NCBI RefSeq assembly: GCF_001194135.2
Contig: NC_068983.1
Location: 109,225,781 to 109,289,780 of the forward strand
Source: Octopus bimaculoides
Lineage: Eukaryota
Reading direction: 5' to 3'
DNA length: 64,000 bases
The position numbers and the translations under genes were made by a program. The notes below the pieces were generated by a model. That model saw only the letters and a program-made list of their open reading frames with translations, ran no database searches and was not told the DNA's origin. Of this stretch, positions 22,011 to 35,327 are shown in pieces. The stretch's first letter is position 1, and each line of letters starts with the position of its first letter.

Positions 22011-25000
22011 CTACAATCGGACACTCAAACATCTTCATTTTGGCATAGTTTCTATGGCTTTGTTCCCCTTCCTAACTCTGTTTTACAGAGTGTACTAAGT
22101 GCATTTTCTTGTGACACAAAGAGTTGGGAGGTTGTCATGCCCTTTACAAAATTAAAGAGTTCTAAATCCTACATTGTTTTTGCTCGATTTTCCAGTTACT
22201 TTGCAAAATGTACAGAGTGTGTTTTATCATGGTATAAACACTAATGAAGTGACCTGGTAGCTTGCAATGCTATAGAACTCTTATTACTTTGAAATGGAGA
22301 ATGAAAAGGAATGTAGGGATGGTGACAAAAGCTGAGGTATTGCTGGAAGTAAAAATATAAGGGGAAGAACAACATTATTATGTTTGATTATGACAGAGAG
22401 GAGGTAGTAGTGCTTGTTATTAGTGAAAAAGAGAGAGAGAATGATGAAGATGATGGGGAGGAGTGAATGAAGGAAGTCATAGCTATCCTATGTCATATGG
22501 GAGACTACGGCAGTCACTGTTCTTAGCCAATTGAAACCAATCAAGAAATTGAATTTTTGCAAATGTTCATACCAGTACTTATGTTTTTTAACAACAGAAA
22601 CATCCTATTACTAAATTGATGTTGCTGCATACTTATATTTTGTGTGGATATATGATTTGAACTGTCTATAGCAGTCACATTAGAAAACAGAGACAATACT
22701 ATTGATGCAATCTTTGTAAAAATACTCAACATCAAATTGCAAGGTTTCAGAATATACTAGTGTATACAGCAATTCAATTATACAAACTAAATTGAAATGA
22801 TCATTTATAAATTTCAGTTATGCTAGATAGGACATTGTTTAAGAATGTCAGACAATGGAATTTTGAAATAAATCCTATATACTCCTCTTTTGTTTAGTAA
22901 AACTTTCAACATTTACTCAAAATATACAAATATAAAGTAAATAATACTCTCCAAGAAGCTGTCATCAACTTGTGTTCTTCAGAGAAATAGCAATGGATCA
23001 ACCTGCTTGGAGAGCAGCTGCATGTGATATAATTAAATATTCTTAAAATGAATATAGAAATGCTTCTGAATATGGAAAAAGGTGAATTCCAAGACTGGCT
23101 GAAAAAACATCTTTACAACTCGGGCTAAGACTTCTGATTTAATTTAAGAGTTAAGTATGTAATCCAATTTTATAGATGAAACCTTAGTATAATCATGAAG
23201 ATAAAATACACATTTAAACAATGAAAATAATTGTAAAGTGATAGAGTTCAGCTTATATATGTACTCGGTATATCCGTTATGCTCAATTTATATATTATAT
23301 ACAACATTTATTGTCATAAGTTTTATACTAAAAAGTAATATGCAAATTTTAAGGTTATTTCTAATCATTTTTGTTTTATTCGACCAGAATTGTTTCTAGG
23401 GATTGTAAATTAAAAAAGAAACAGAACTTCGAAGCATTTAAAAAAAATTAATTTAGCTTGAAGAAACTTTATTGCAATTTAGGTTTTTCAATTTTAAATG
23501 TCAGTTCATTCTTCATTAGCTATCCTTTAATTGTTTGTATTTGAATTTTTTTTCTGAAGTTATCTGTTATAGAAAATTGATTGCTTTAATTTTATTTTCA
23601 ACCAATTATTTCATAAACAATTTAAAATTGCTAATCTTATTCAAAAGCAAGTCATAAATCATATTTTAGCCTTAAGAATTTTAAAAGTTCTATCAATATT
23701 AATGATTTATTGACTAAGCTTTGAAGTTTAATTGTTTTCCTTACAATCTTATAAGTTTTCAAAATTTAAAAGTTCATTCAGCAGTATTTAGATTTAAATT
23801 CAAAATTATCATATATTTCTTTTTGACTAGGTACAAATATCTCATTTCCTGTTTCCTTCCTTCCCATATTTTTGGGGTGAGAGACAAGATGTTCAAACCT
23901 TTCCTAGTACATTGGTAGAAGAAGTCAAGTGCAATAACTTTAATTTTATATTAAAACTTGCTTTCAAATATAGTAGGGTCTTACATATCAAATATAGTGA
24001 GGTGAAAATCTTCAATTGATTGAGATTATTCCAGTATTTAGTTGACATTCAAAATATATAAACACTAGCAAAGAAAATAATTCCAGGAAGATTATCTGAT
24101 GAAATATTTTGATGATATAGACAAAGCATACTGGACTGAATCTGGTTTTCAAATTCAATAGATGAAGGTATGTTTTGATTTTAGTTTACATCTTCAGTGA
24201 AGCATATTAATATACTCTTCTCAACAGGCAAGACTAAGTGTGATGCATATGTACATGCATAAACAGGGAACGTAGTGAGTTTTCCTGAAGTTGACTTTCT
24301 GCATCACAAGATTTAGTGTACTTTGATATAGAACATTCTAACAGCTAATAATTCATTTCAAATCAACACAATCCAAACACTCTGCAAGACTACTCCCTTT
24401 TGGCATTGCAGTAACTCAATATGCTAGAAATAGGAGCAAAATCTCCCTTAGAAAATTATAAAAAAAACTTCCATAAAAAAAACTTCAATCATACTAAAAA
24501 TGGTAGGAATCACAATTTCAATCGTTTTAAAAGTTAATCACACATAAAACATTGCAAAAACATCTTTCCAAATACCACGATTTTCCTTTAGGATTGGAAA
24601 ATACTTAAGCCCTGAACAGCTGCTAAAATTCTAAGCACAAATGACATCCACATATGATTACAGTTCACATATCTGGTTCACTTCCCCTACTATACACACA
24701 CTGACATCTAAAACTTTTTCAAAATGCCTTTTAGCTGATTACCAAAGATTCATTCACCCATACTGCAAGTTGTGAACAGAGAAACAGATTCATATTTCTG
24801 TCTGTTCTATTATTACTATTGTAGCTTCTATTTCCTAATCTAGCAAAGCTGTCTTTGACCTTCAGGTAAACTCACCTGATACAATTACCTTTCTCCCACA
24901 CATCATTGTTAAATCTTACACTAAACAACCTTTCCAATTCTCCTAGCCAAATAAGGAATGACTCCAAGGTATCAATCAACACATGTTCAAATCGAACAGC

Positions 25001-25251
25001 AATCAGCTGCATAGGTCCTCCTTTCTTCAATTACTTTTAAAAATTAAAATACATGTAGGTAATTTCTGTAGTTCCATTTTTAAATTATTACAAGTTCTAA
25101 GTTTAAAATTTTAAGGAAATAACATTTCCAATATCAATTTAAGTAGAGATTATTAAAATAATATCAGATACAATAATTGTTGTCTTTATGTAATTTTTAT
25201 TGCCATTCTCATGATACTGATTTACTCCATTTTTTCTTTTGTGAATCATAT

Positions 25252-25585
25252 AAAGGGTAAAGGCTAACCCCACCCCATCGGTCATGAATGACCATAGGAT
25301 TGCACCTAGAAAGTTCCCCTCTGAGGCACAAGTCTGGGCAAGGGTGTTTATGGAAGAGCAGCAGTTTCCCATGCATACCAACCTTCATTCTCCATGCCAC
25401 CAAGGGAAAGGCAAAGGTCGGTACAGCTTGGCACCAGTGACATTGCATTTCTATAGCTGAGTGAATTGGAGCAACATGAAATAAAGTGTCTTGCTGAAGA
25501 TCACAAACACACAGCCTGGCCCAGGAAATGAACTCACTAACTCTTGATTGGGAGCCCGACACACTAATCATTGGGCCATGTGCCT
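25252..25585 (-). mobile_element. tRNA-derived SINE family C, full length
   Basis: Minus strand starts GGCACATGGCCCAATGATTAGTGTG..GAGTTCATTTCC (box A/B-like); body colinear with the split copy at 15486/18600. Confidence 0.9.
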
Positions 25586-26278
25586 TCACATGTGAATCAT
25601 ATTTTGAATAAATATTTTCAGTGTAGTGGTAGTGTATTCATTACCCATTGATATTAATAGGTTTATATTTATGTTTTTATGCAATCCAGTCTGATTTTGT
25701 ACAAGTCTGTTACTCAGACCCTATTTCACAGGCTTCAGTATGTTCATCATCCATTCATTGTAATGCTATAAACACATATTACTCTTTTTTAGTCAGTCAG
25801 AAGTTTCTCGTATATACTTGAATTGAAGATAGTTTGTGTCTAAATTAACATGCAACTCCACATCATAGACCACAAAAAGAATCAACATAAAACTTTAAAC
25901 AGTTAAATCAAAGGATATTAAAGTGAAGACCCTGAAGAAACTGCACTGGTATTATGGTAAGGTTGCAATTGCAACAGTTACTAATCAATGCAGTAGAAAC
26001 AAATGTAGGTCTATTTGAAGTTGTATATAAAAAGGAATTAAAGGTAATGTTAATGCTACTTTGTAATAATCTTTATTATCATTATTGATATTAAGTACTC
26101 CAGGAAACCCATGTAGTTAAGGTAATATATTTAGAATAATCCAATAGAATATATCTCTAAATTCTTATCTTATGAGAAAGATTATTAGATTTATATATTA
26201 ACTGTTGAATAACCTATTTCAAATACCAAACTGAGAGCAAACTGGTAAATATTTAGAGAAATCCCTTACTAATTACCA

Positions 26279-26311
<33 letters not shown>

Positions 26312-26614
26312 NNNNNNNNNNNNNNNNNNNNNNNNNNNNNNNNNNNNNNNNNNNNNNNNNNNNNNNNNNNNNNNNNNNNNNNNNNNNNNNNNNNNNNNNN
26401 NNNNNNNNNNNNNNNNNNNNNNNNNNNNNNNNNNNNNNNNNNNNNNNNNNNNNNNNNNNNNNNNNNNNNNNNNNNNNNNNNNNNNNNNNNNNNNNNNNNN
26501 NNNNNNNNNNNNNNNNNNNNNNNNNNNNNNNNNNNNNNNNNNNNNNNNNNNNNNNNNNNNNNNNNNNNNNNNNNNNNNNNNNNNNNNNNNNNNNNNNNNN
26601 NNNNNNNNNNNNNN
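26312..26614. other. Assembly gap (N run) within (TA)n
   Basis: Run of N. Confidence 1.
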
Positions 26615-26640
26615 TATATATATATATATATATATATATA

Positions 26641-27363
26641 TCAGGTTGAGTAAAAAGTAAGCAATGTCTTGAACCATGAAGAGTTTGTACATGGTTTTGC
26701 AGAGTTTTGAATTTTCTTAAACATTTTTCCACAATTGTCTGATAATGGTTTAAACGATTTCACAGTGGAGACCTGGGCCTTGAAGATTGTGAGCATAGTG
26801 GACGCCCATCTGTCATCGATGAGGGTCAATTAAAGACTGTCATTGAGAAAGATCCATGCAAAACCACTTGAGAACTGGCAAAAGAACAAGTTAGCCAGAA
26901 AACTGCCTGCTACTATTTGCATGTGATGAGAAAATCAAAATGCTCCACAAATGGGTACCACATGATTTGAATGAAAATCAGATAATGCACAGATATGAAA
27001 TTTGCTCATCATTTCTTCTCCGTAACCAGACTGATCCATTTCTCAACTGTATTGAAACTTGCACTGGAAAAGTGGATTCTGTACAGTGGTTGGACCAAAA
27101 TGAAGCACCAAAAACCTTCCCTGAACCCGAGCTCTTCAAAAAGAAGGTTATGGTAACTGTTTGGTAGTGTACTGCTGGACTCATCCACTATAACTTCTTA
27201 AAAACCGGAAAAACCATTACTGCAGAAATATATTGCCATGAAATTGCCAAAATGAATGAAAAACTGCTACTCCTCCATCCTGGACTGGTCAACAGAAGAG
27301 GGCCAATCATTCTTCATAACAATTCTCGACCACATATTTCACTAATGATGCTCCAGAAGTTGA
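26641..27363 (+). mobile_element. Mariner transposon remnant, cecropia/Hsmar1-like; left end in (TA)n, runs into gap
   Basis: KWVPHDLNENQ..QWLDQNEAPKTFPEPELFKKKVMVTVW*CTAGLIHYNFLKTGKTIT..LVNRRGPIILHNNSRPH; stops and internal deletions. Confidence 0.93.
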
Positions 27364-27755
27364 NNNNNNNNNNNNNNNNNNNNNNNNNNNNNNNNNNNNN
27401 NNNNNNNNNNNNNNNNNNNNNNNNNNNNNNNNNNNNNNNNNNNNNNNNNNNNNNNNNNNNNNNNNNNNNNNNNNNNNNNNNNNNNNNNNNNNNNNNNNNN
27501 NNNNNNNNNNNNNNNNNNNNNNNNNNNNNNNNNNNNNNNNNNNNNNNNNNNNNNNNNNNNNNNNNNNNNNNNNNNNNNNNNNNNNNNNNNNNNNNNNNNN
27601 NNNNNNNNNNNNNNNNNNNNNNNNNNNNNNNNNNNNNNNNNNNNNNNNNNNNNNNNNNNNNNNNNNNNNNNNNNNNNNNNNNNNNNNNNNNNNNNNNNNN
27701 NNNNNNNNNNNNNNNNNNNNNNNNNNNNNNNNNNNNNNNNNNNNNNNNNNNNNNN
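27364..27755. other. Assembly gap (N run)
   Basis: Run of N. Confidence 1.
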
Positions 27756-27876
27756 AAATGAGTGGAAATTTTACCTTTGAGTGTGTTAAATTATGTGTCT
27801 CCCCAGGCACAGCAGAATATGCTTCAACACACGAACTCACATAAAGAATCTTGCAAACCAAATCCAAAAGGGAAAT

Positions 27877-27911
<35 letters not shown>

Positions 27912-27940
27912 ACAGTATATATATATTTATTGTATGGGTG

Positions 27941-28115
27941 CAAGGGTAACTGTGTCATTAGAAGTTTTCTTCTCAACCATAGGGTTTCAAATTCAGTCCT
28001 ACTGCATGGCATCTTGGGCAAATATCTTCTAATGGAACTTTAGCCTCTCCAAAATTTTGTGAACGGATTTAGTAGATGGAAATTGAAAGAAACCTGCTCT
28101 TTACATAAGTATATG

Positions 28116-28149
<34 letters not shown>

Positions 28150-28420
28150 GAGCATGCTTATGTATGTGGGTGTTATTGTCTTCTTCCTTTGATATTGCAT
28201 CATTATTTTATGCAACTGCCACTGTCATGCAAGCAGTGTTCTTCTTTTCTAACCTTCTGCAAAAACATATCTGGTCATAGGGAAATACTACCTTACTTGC
28301 AAAGAGGTGAGGATTGGCAACAAGAAGGTGATCCAGTCATAAAATATGTGCTTCAATAAATTCTGTCCAACTCATGAGCATGGAAAAGTGGATGATGATA
28401 ATGATGACGATAATGATGAT
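27941..28420 (+). mobile_element. SINE family A head with alternative RTE-like tail
   Basis: CTCAACCATAGGGTTTCAAATTCAGTCC head, central (TG)n, tail CAAGCAGTGT..GCATGGAAAAGTGGATGATGAT. Confidence 0.8.
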
Positions 28421-28871
28421 GGTCTCACACACATACAGACAGACACACATCATCATAATCATCATCATTACGATAATTTTAACGTTCAGTTTTCCATGCT
28501 TTCACGGAATTCATTGAAGTAGACTTTCTAGGCTAGGTTCTCTTGCTGTCACCAACACTCTAATGGCCAGAGGTTTCCTGCAGGTTCTACTTAGAAGTTT
28601 CATTCTAGCTCAGAATTTAGAACCTTAAGGTTTTAAGTACTTGACTTTGTATCCTCAACCTTTAAATTATCAAAGCAAAGGATTAAATCCAGTAAGACAA
28701 AAATTTACTGAACTACTAACACATCCTGTGCCTTTCTAACAAAGGGACATACATACTCACAAAGATCTACATATGTGAATTAAGTGTAACAATAATATAA
28801 ACTTTTATTTTCTGACACATGATCACTTCCTCCAACGCCCCATTCTGGCAATTATGTATATATATTTAAGT

Positions 28872-29270
28872 GCAGATGTGACTGTGCTGAGAAAAAATTT
28901 GCTACTCAACCACATAGTTTTAGATTCAGTCCCACTGTGTGGAACTTTGAGCAAATATCTTCTACTATAGCCCCAAGTTGACCAATACCCTTGCGTGAGG
29001 ATTTGGCAGATAGAAGGTCATTGTGTGTGTGTATGTGTGTGTGGGGGGTATGTGCATGTGTGTGTGTGTATGTGGGGGGGGATGTGCATGTGTGTGTGTG
29101 TGCACTAGTGTCTCCTTGTCTTGATCACATAATAGCTGTAAATAAGCATCAATGTCATACAAGCAGTGTCCTTTGTTTCCAATCTTCTGTGGAACCATGC
29201 CTGATCATGGGGTAATATAATCTTATCTGAAAATATGTAAGGGTTGGTAAGAGGAAGGAATTCTCATTAT
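28872..29270 (+). mobile_element. SINE family A head with alternative tail
   Basis: CTCAACCACATAGTTTTAGATTCAGTCCCACTGTGTGG head, (TG)n, tail colinear with 28200-28330. Confidence 0.85.
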
Positions 29271-29940
29271 TCTGGCAACAGTTAAATACCAAACAGTAAA
29301 CTACCAAAACATACCATCATTCACTATCAAAAAGTAAGTTGCAATTGCTTTATAACCTCAGCCTTGATCAAAAGTTTTCTTGCCAAGACTATCTACTCCA
29401 TACGTGGGGTTATATTTTCAAATTTATGTTTCCATATTTTAAAGAAAAGGATGTTGCTTACAGGAGTTATGGCTACTATTTTGAACAGTTCAGGTAAATG
29501 TTTAGAGAGTGAAAGAAACCCCATTCTCTCTCCTCTTCAAATCCATTATAAGAAGACTTTTCAAAATATGAAGAACTAAGAGAAACTTTAAGAAATATTT
29601 TTCCAGATTTCATGCATTAAAGATTTCGTCAATTTAAACTTTACAAACTAATGGAATTGTAACAAATAAAAAGAAATCAAAAGCAAAAAAAAAAAAAAAA
29701 TTCCATGCGATATAATTCTCTAAAACTTCACCTTTTTGATAAAGCCACCTAAAATATTTTAGAAATCAAATCCACTATCCCAGCTCATTGATGGGAAGTT
29801 ATTTTGAAAGTTTATGAATTAAAAAGCATTAAATATTGAAATCCTAATATTTTACTAACATATTTCTACTTAAAAGTTTAACTGATGACCAACACTATTA
29901 CATGGAGACCTGAAGGCTTTCGATATTAATTGCACTTAAG

Positions 29941-30160
29941 GTGGTGAGCTGGTGTTTCAGAATCGTTAGCATGTTGGGTGAAATGCATAGCAGCGTTTTG
30001 TCTGTCTTTACGTTCTGAGTTCAAATTCTGCCAAAGTTGAGTTTGCCTTTCATCCTTTCAAAGGTCAATAAAATAAGTACCAGTTGAGCACTGGGGTTGA
30101 TGCAACTGACTTATCCCCTTCTCTGAAATTTATGGCCTTATGCCAAAATTTGAAGCCAAT
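29941..30160 (+). mobile_element. tRNA-derived SINE family B, full length
   Basis: GGTGAGCTGG..GTTCTGAGTTCAAATTC (box B)..TTTGCCTTTCATCCTTTC..AAGTACCAGTTG..GCCAAAATTTGAA; colinear with 35116-35327. Confidence 0.92.
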
Positions 30161-30269
30161 TTTAATTGCACTTTATATTTATTGCTGATAATTACTATTT
30201 AAATAGAAAATTTAACCCATCACTACTACTACCACTATCACTACTACTATCACTACCCTTATCATATTT

Positions 30270-30410
30270 TAATATCCACTTTGCATGAGTCAACTGGAAT
30301 TTGGTGAGATACGCTTTTTGCAGCTGAAAGCTCTTCCTGTCATCAACCCTCACCTGTTCCCAAGAAAGATAATAATTCCTTGGTCTATTAGTTAATAATC
30401 AGCTGACAGT
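30270..30410 (-). mobile_element. SINE A alternative-tail fragment
   Basis: CTTCCTGTCATCAACCCTCACCTGTTCCCAAG is the reverse complement of the tail in 28280-28330. Confidence 0.6.
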
Positions 30411-31057
30411 TTGGGTTTACAAAACTCATTAACATGTCAATGGTTGACTGCAAGTATATGACACTACTTGTATTAATTGCAAGGCTGTTGTTTTTATTTA
30501 TGGCTGGCAAACATGTAGATAAGGAGAAGCCCACACAAACACATGCTTTCACACAAACACACTCAGACATACGTATATGTATATATATATACAAACACGC
30601 ATACATATGTACAAAGATAAATGCATGCATGATAATTGCCTCATCTTGTCAGGGAGGTTTTACCTGTTTCTTAGGGGTTTGATAATCAAATTATGATAAC
30701 GAGGCATCTGTACATCATTAGATTTAAGTGACTTTTGACACTTTCTTGATCACTATAATAGCTTCCGTTGAGAAGCATTGCAAGATGGTACTATTTTGAC
30801 TGCAAGTTTTATGTCAAACTTTCTTTCTCCTAAAAGAGTTACCTTCCTAACAGCTTTGTCAAAAATAATGGGTGCCTCCTGTGTCCCTGGCAAGTATGAC
30901 CATTCCAGGTCAAAATGAACCTGGAAATAATGGTAAGTGAAGGATGACTCAATGCTCAGCACAGCTATTCTCCACCCAATACAGTTTGATTATCAAACCC
31001 CTAAGAAACAGGTAAAAGCTCCCATGAAAGGTGCCTAATCTGTTGTTGGCATAGCGA

Positions 31058-31197
<140 letters not shown>

Positions 31198-31346
31198 AAG
31201 ACAGGTATCTTCAGCTTCTGTCTACTGATTTTACTCACATGGTATTGGTTGGCTATAGTAAAGAATGATAACTAAGAAGGTTCAGGTAGTGGTATTGAAC
31301 CTTAACCACATGGTTCCATGGCAAACCTCTTAATCACACAGCTATG
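31198..31346 (-). mobile_element. SINE family A head
   Basis: CTTCAGCTTCTGTCTAC..GAACCTTAACCACATGGTT..CTTAATCACACAGC similar to 56940-57093. Confidence 0.7.
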
Positions 31347-31657
31347 ACTGTACCTATCAATAGTAACTTTAATGCCTTCCATAGTTATTATACTTGATTA
31401 TTCACTGTCATCTGTAGTTTATAAATTAACACAATTGAGGTGTCAACTTGTAAGTATACATGAATCACTCTCTTCTACATTGTCTAACTGAAGGGCAGTA
31501 TAACAAATGCCAAAATAGCTGCTCTTGTTGCACCAATAACTTTGGTGTTGATATTGTTATCTGTTCTGCAACATTAATATAGCTCATTAATTCTAATATA
31601 TTACTTTAAATGTTGTAAATATTAGGTGAATCAATTATTTCTTCAATTATTTCTTAC

Positions 31658-31780
31658 CGGAGATCAGTTAGAATCCACCCTATCATAACATGAACATTGA
31701 ACACTGTCTGTATTTTGCTGATATTATTTACTAAAGCTTCCAATTCTGGTATAATTTTTAATTGATTTTTAAATATGGAA
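31658..31780 (-). CDS. Candidate 123-nt internal exon of an unidentified gene
   Basis: Acceptor TTACTTTTAATTTCATTTTCAACCAAACAG|, donor CG|GTAAGA. Open frame SIFKNQLKIIPELEALVNNISKIQTVFNVHVMIGWILTDLR, phase 2-2. No protein family recognised. Confidence 0.45.
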
Positions 31781-32470
31781 CTGTTTGGTTGAAAATGAAA
31801 TTAAAAGTAAATCATCAATCTTATTCGAAAAAAAATGACATAATTTTATACTCATCAACCACAACTTCATATCTAAATCAATTTTGTTAGATTCCATAAA
31901 AAAAAGTGATTTCTTTCATTTTTCATTCCTAAGTGCATAAATATTGTAGGTGTTGATAGATAATTATATTCCAAACAAATAGAGCCATATTTTATGAAAT
32001 ATAGCAAGGAATCCATCTAAATAATGCAAAATCAAGAAGCTATTAAATCATCAATTTGAAATTCTACTCATATTCTATTAAATTATAAGGCACTTGATCC
32101 TTACATTGAATAGTTAACAAAGGAAACAGGAGAAAAGGAATGATAGTTATAGATTTTAATCAATTGAAATGACATAACATTATTTCCCACTGCTATGTTG
32201 TAATTCTCAGAAATACACTCCATTAACCAGTTAATATTTCCAAGCTACTCTCAAAACAGCATACTAAAATTAGACTAATCTATCCTCTTAAATTTTTATG
32301 CACATACCCAACTTACACAACCTCCATTTTTTTTTATCAAGGTGGATGGGAGCTTATGTTTTCTTCATTTTTTTTCCTTAAATAATATTAAGGAATGCTG
32401 TTATTCCTTCAACCATTCTGCCAGCATTGTTGATAGTGGTAAGGTACTAATTTAATGTTCCAACTGGTGA

Positions 32471-32672
32471 AGGTGCATGGCTTAGTGGTTAGGGTATATT
32501 CAAAGAGCCAGTCTTGTCACATTCTGTGTCACACTGAATCTCCATGAGAACTATGTTAAGGATACATGTGTCTGTGGAATGTTCAGCCACTTGCACATTA
32601 ATTTCACAAGCAGGCTGTTCCATTGATATGATTAACTGGAACATTCATTGTTGTAACTGACAGAGTGCCAGT
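32471..32672 (+). mobile_element. SINE with a family-C-type head and an internal deletion
   Basis: GCATGGCTTAGTGGTTAGGGTAT joined directly to ATTCAAAGAGCCAG; compare 41755-41893. Confidence 0.75.
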
Positions 32673-34576
32673 GTTCCAACCATTTCAGATTCACTGGTAC
32701 TAGAACTGTTTCTGCTGGAATATTACTTGATATCATTACACATATGAGATCACTGATAATTTCCCAACAGAGTCCAAAAATAGGGGTAGGAGTACAACAA
32801 AAATACCTTTGTTCCTGAAACTTCCCTATTTCTCAGACATCAGTTTCCATGTCTTGCTTTCCAAACTTGTTTCTGACATGAATAGTTAGCCAGGAGTGCT
32901 AACAAGTCAGAAAGGCCTCTACTTCCAGTTTTAAAAGGAACCAAAAGAACATTTACAAGTCTCTCTTAGTCACATTTTCCATAGCTGTTTAATACCTCTA
33001 CTCATTGATTACTATATATTATCATTGAATCCAATCATATTTTTCATTTTTCCCAGATCATAAGGAACTGAAGAATCTCAGCTACTCTCCTCTCTCCTTA
33101 CAGCTAATCTCTTCTTGAAAATACTAAAAGTGCTATATTTTTACCTTTATCATAAAATTTATTCAAGGTGAAAACTTCTATCTCCAACTTCACATTTTAT
33201 TCCTAGTGTTATTTAAAGTTGATAACAGCTCTTTTGAAAGCCTAACCTAATCTCAGCTAGTCAGTCTTTTCTACCACATGACTTATTTTTTTCTGTAACT
33301 ACCTTGAAGAAAATGCTGATAAGATTTAAAAAGAAAATTATCACATTCACTCTCTACACACGTATGCTACATACATATGATCTTTGGGCTATCATTCGAG
33401 AAATCTTGGACAGTGAAACTAGATCTGACTTCTGATAAGAACCACTGAAAAACTAATAAAACACAGCATTGGTGAAAGTTGCAGTTAAAATAACAGTAGA
33501 CTCAATAATTGATGATATTAACAACAATAAGAATAATGAACATATTAAGATATTGTAAAAATTTCAGTTATTATGCACTTGAATTGAAAATCTAATTGCA
33601 TACTCTGAATGTGCCAGTTATTCAAATGTAAATTCATAGATTAGTAGTTTGATTTAACAATTGAGCTTAACCTCAGACCAACAGGCACCAATAAAACATC
33701 TTGCAAATTTTGGGATCAATAACTAATGTGCCTTCTTTAATAACAACAGTAGCTTTCAGGACAACAGGCCCTCATCATCACTCTATGCTTCCTTTTCTTC
33801 ATTTCCTCAGAAAAATAAAAACTGGTACCAAAATAAGCAAACAGTAATTTAGATCAATATTATCTTAATGCAAGTCATTAGTCATTATCATGGAATAACT
33901 GGTATTGTTACTAGTGGGTGCATACCAGTTCGAATTCATCATAGCTCAGAGTAATAGTGTTATTAGCTGGTACATCAGTGATAATAACAGACTAACTATG
34001 AATCAGCAACAGCAACCAAGAAAGATGAGCTTCAACAACCTGCCCAGATATTATCAAGAAAAACTGAGCAGCACAACAGTATTACCACTGCAACAAACAA
34101 ACAAGAACATCTGAGAGTTCAACAGTACCATGAAAACTCCTTTCACAACTACAAATTTCAAAATACAGAACTCAGCAGTAACTTATTCGCTTTACAAGTC
34201 AACTTGGTTTTCATTGAGAATGCTTATTTACCACAAGAAACATATAATCATATGTTCCTGTCTTGTTTAATTCATGTCTATGGAATTTTCACAGACTTAC
34301 TTGTACAAAAGCATGCACATCATGCCAACACAACTGTACCTTATGCTTAAATTATGCTGATCCACTTACATCTTATGCATATGTCATACAGATGCACTTG
34401 CATCTTGCACATACATACTTGGCATATTATACCCACACCAACTTATTGTATGATTGCTCACACATACAAGAGTTCTGACAGTTGCTTTGCCAACTCAGTA
34501 CCATGTATATGTACCAGGCATCCTTCTCCTCTTTACCATCATCGTTTTAGCATCTACTTCTTCATGCTTGCATACA

Positions 34577-34612
<36 letters not shown>

Positions 34613-35115
34613 TACACACATACACACACACAAGCACACTCATGCCTTCTTAGAAAACTTGTAGAATGCTGTGTTCATCTCTATATATGTAACATTTACT
34701 CCTTTGAGTATATCTGTAACATTCACTTCTTTTGAATATATCTGAAGCAACATCTTTTACGTGCATTACTTTCTTGATATTGTAAATGAAACCTCATATC
34801 ATATGTATTTTTTTTTTGTATTATTTTATTTTATTTTATTGTATTGGGTTAGATCACAGCTTGTTATAGCTAAGCCAATTTATTTATGAGTAGAGAATGT
34901 GAATAAAAGTATCTTAAATATTATACTTAATTTTATTTTTTTAAAATTTATTTGGTCAAATTTACAATACAGACTAAGTACCAAATATAAATAGCATAAA
35001 AGTTCAAAATATGATATTTCTCTTCCATAAAATATTGAAATTACTAACATGCCATTTCTCAGACAAAGGTAGCAGTTTGTTGTTGTTGTTGTTATTAGTA
35101 GTAGCAGTAGTAATG

Positions 35116-35327
35116 TGATGAGCTGGCAGAGTTGTTAGCATAACAAGCAAAATGTTTGGAGACATTTCATCCATTTTTACATTTTGAGTTCAAATTTCAC
35201 ATAGGTTGACTTTGCCTTTCGTCCTTTTAGGTTCAATAAAATAATAACCAGTTGACACTGGGGCCGATATAATCAACTTAGCCCTCCCTCAAAATTGCGA
35301 GCCATGTGCCAAAATTTGAAACCAGTT
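35116..35327 (+). mobile_element. SINE family B, full length
   Basis: Colinear with 29941-30160. Confidence 0.9.

Noticed and set aside
29881-29930. CTGATGA-CCA..TGG possible hammerhead
   Set aside because: No GAAA after the 3-bp stem and no stem I or III.
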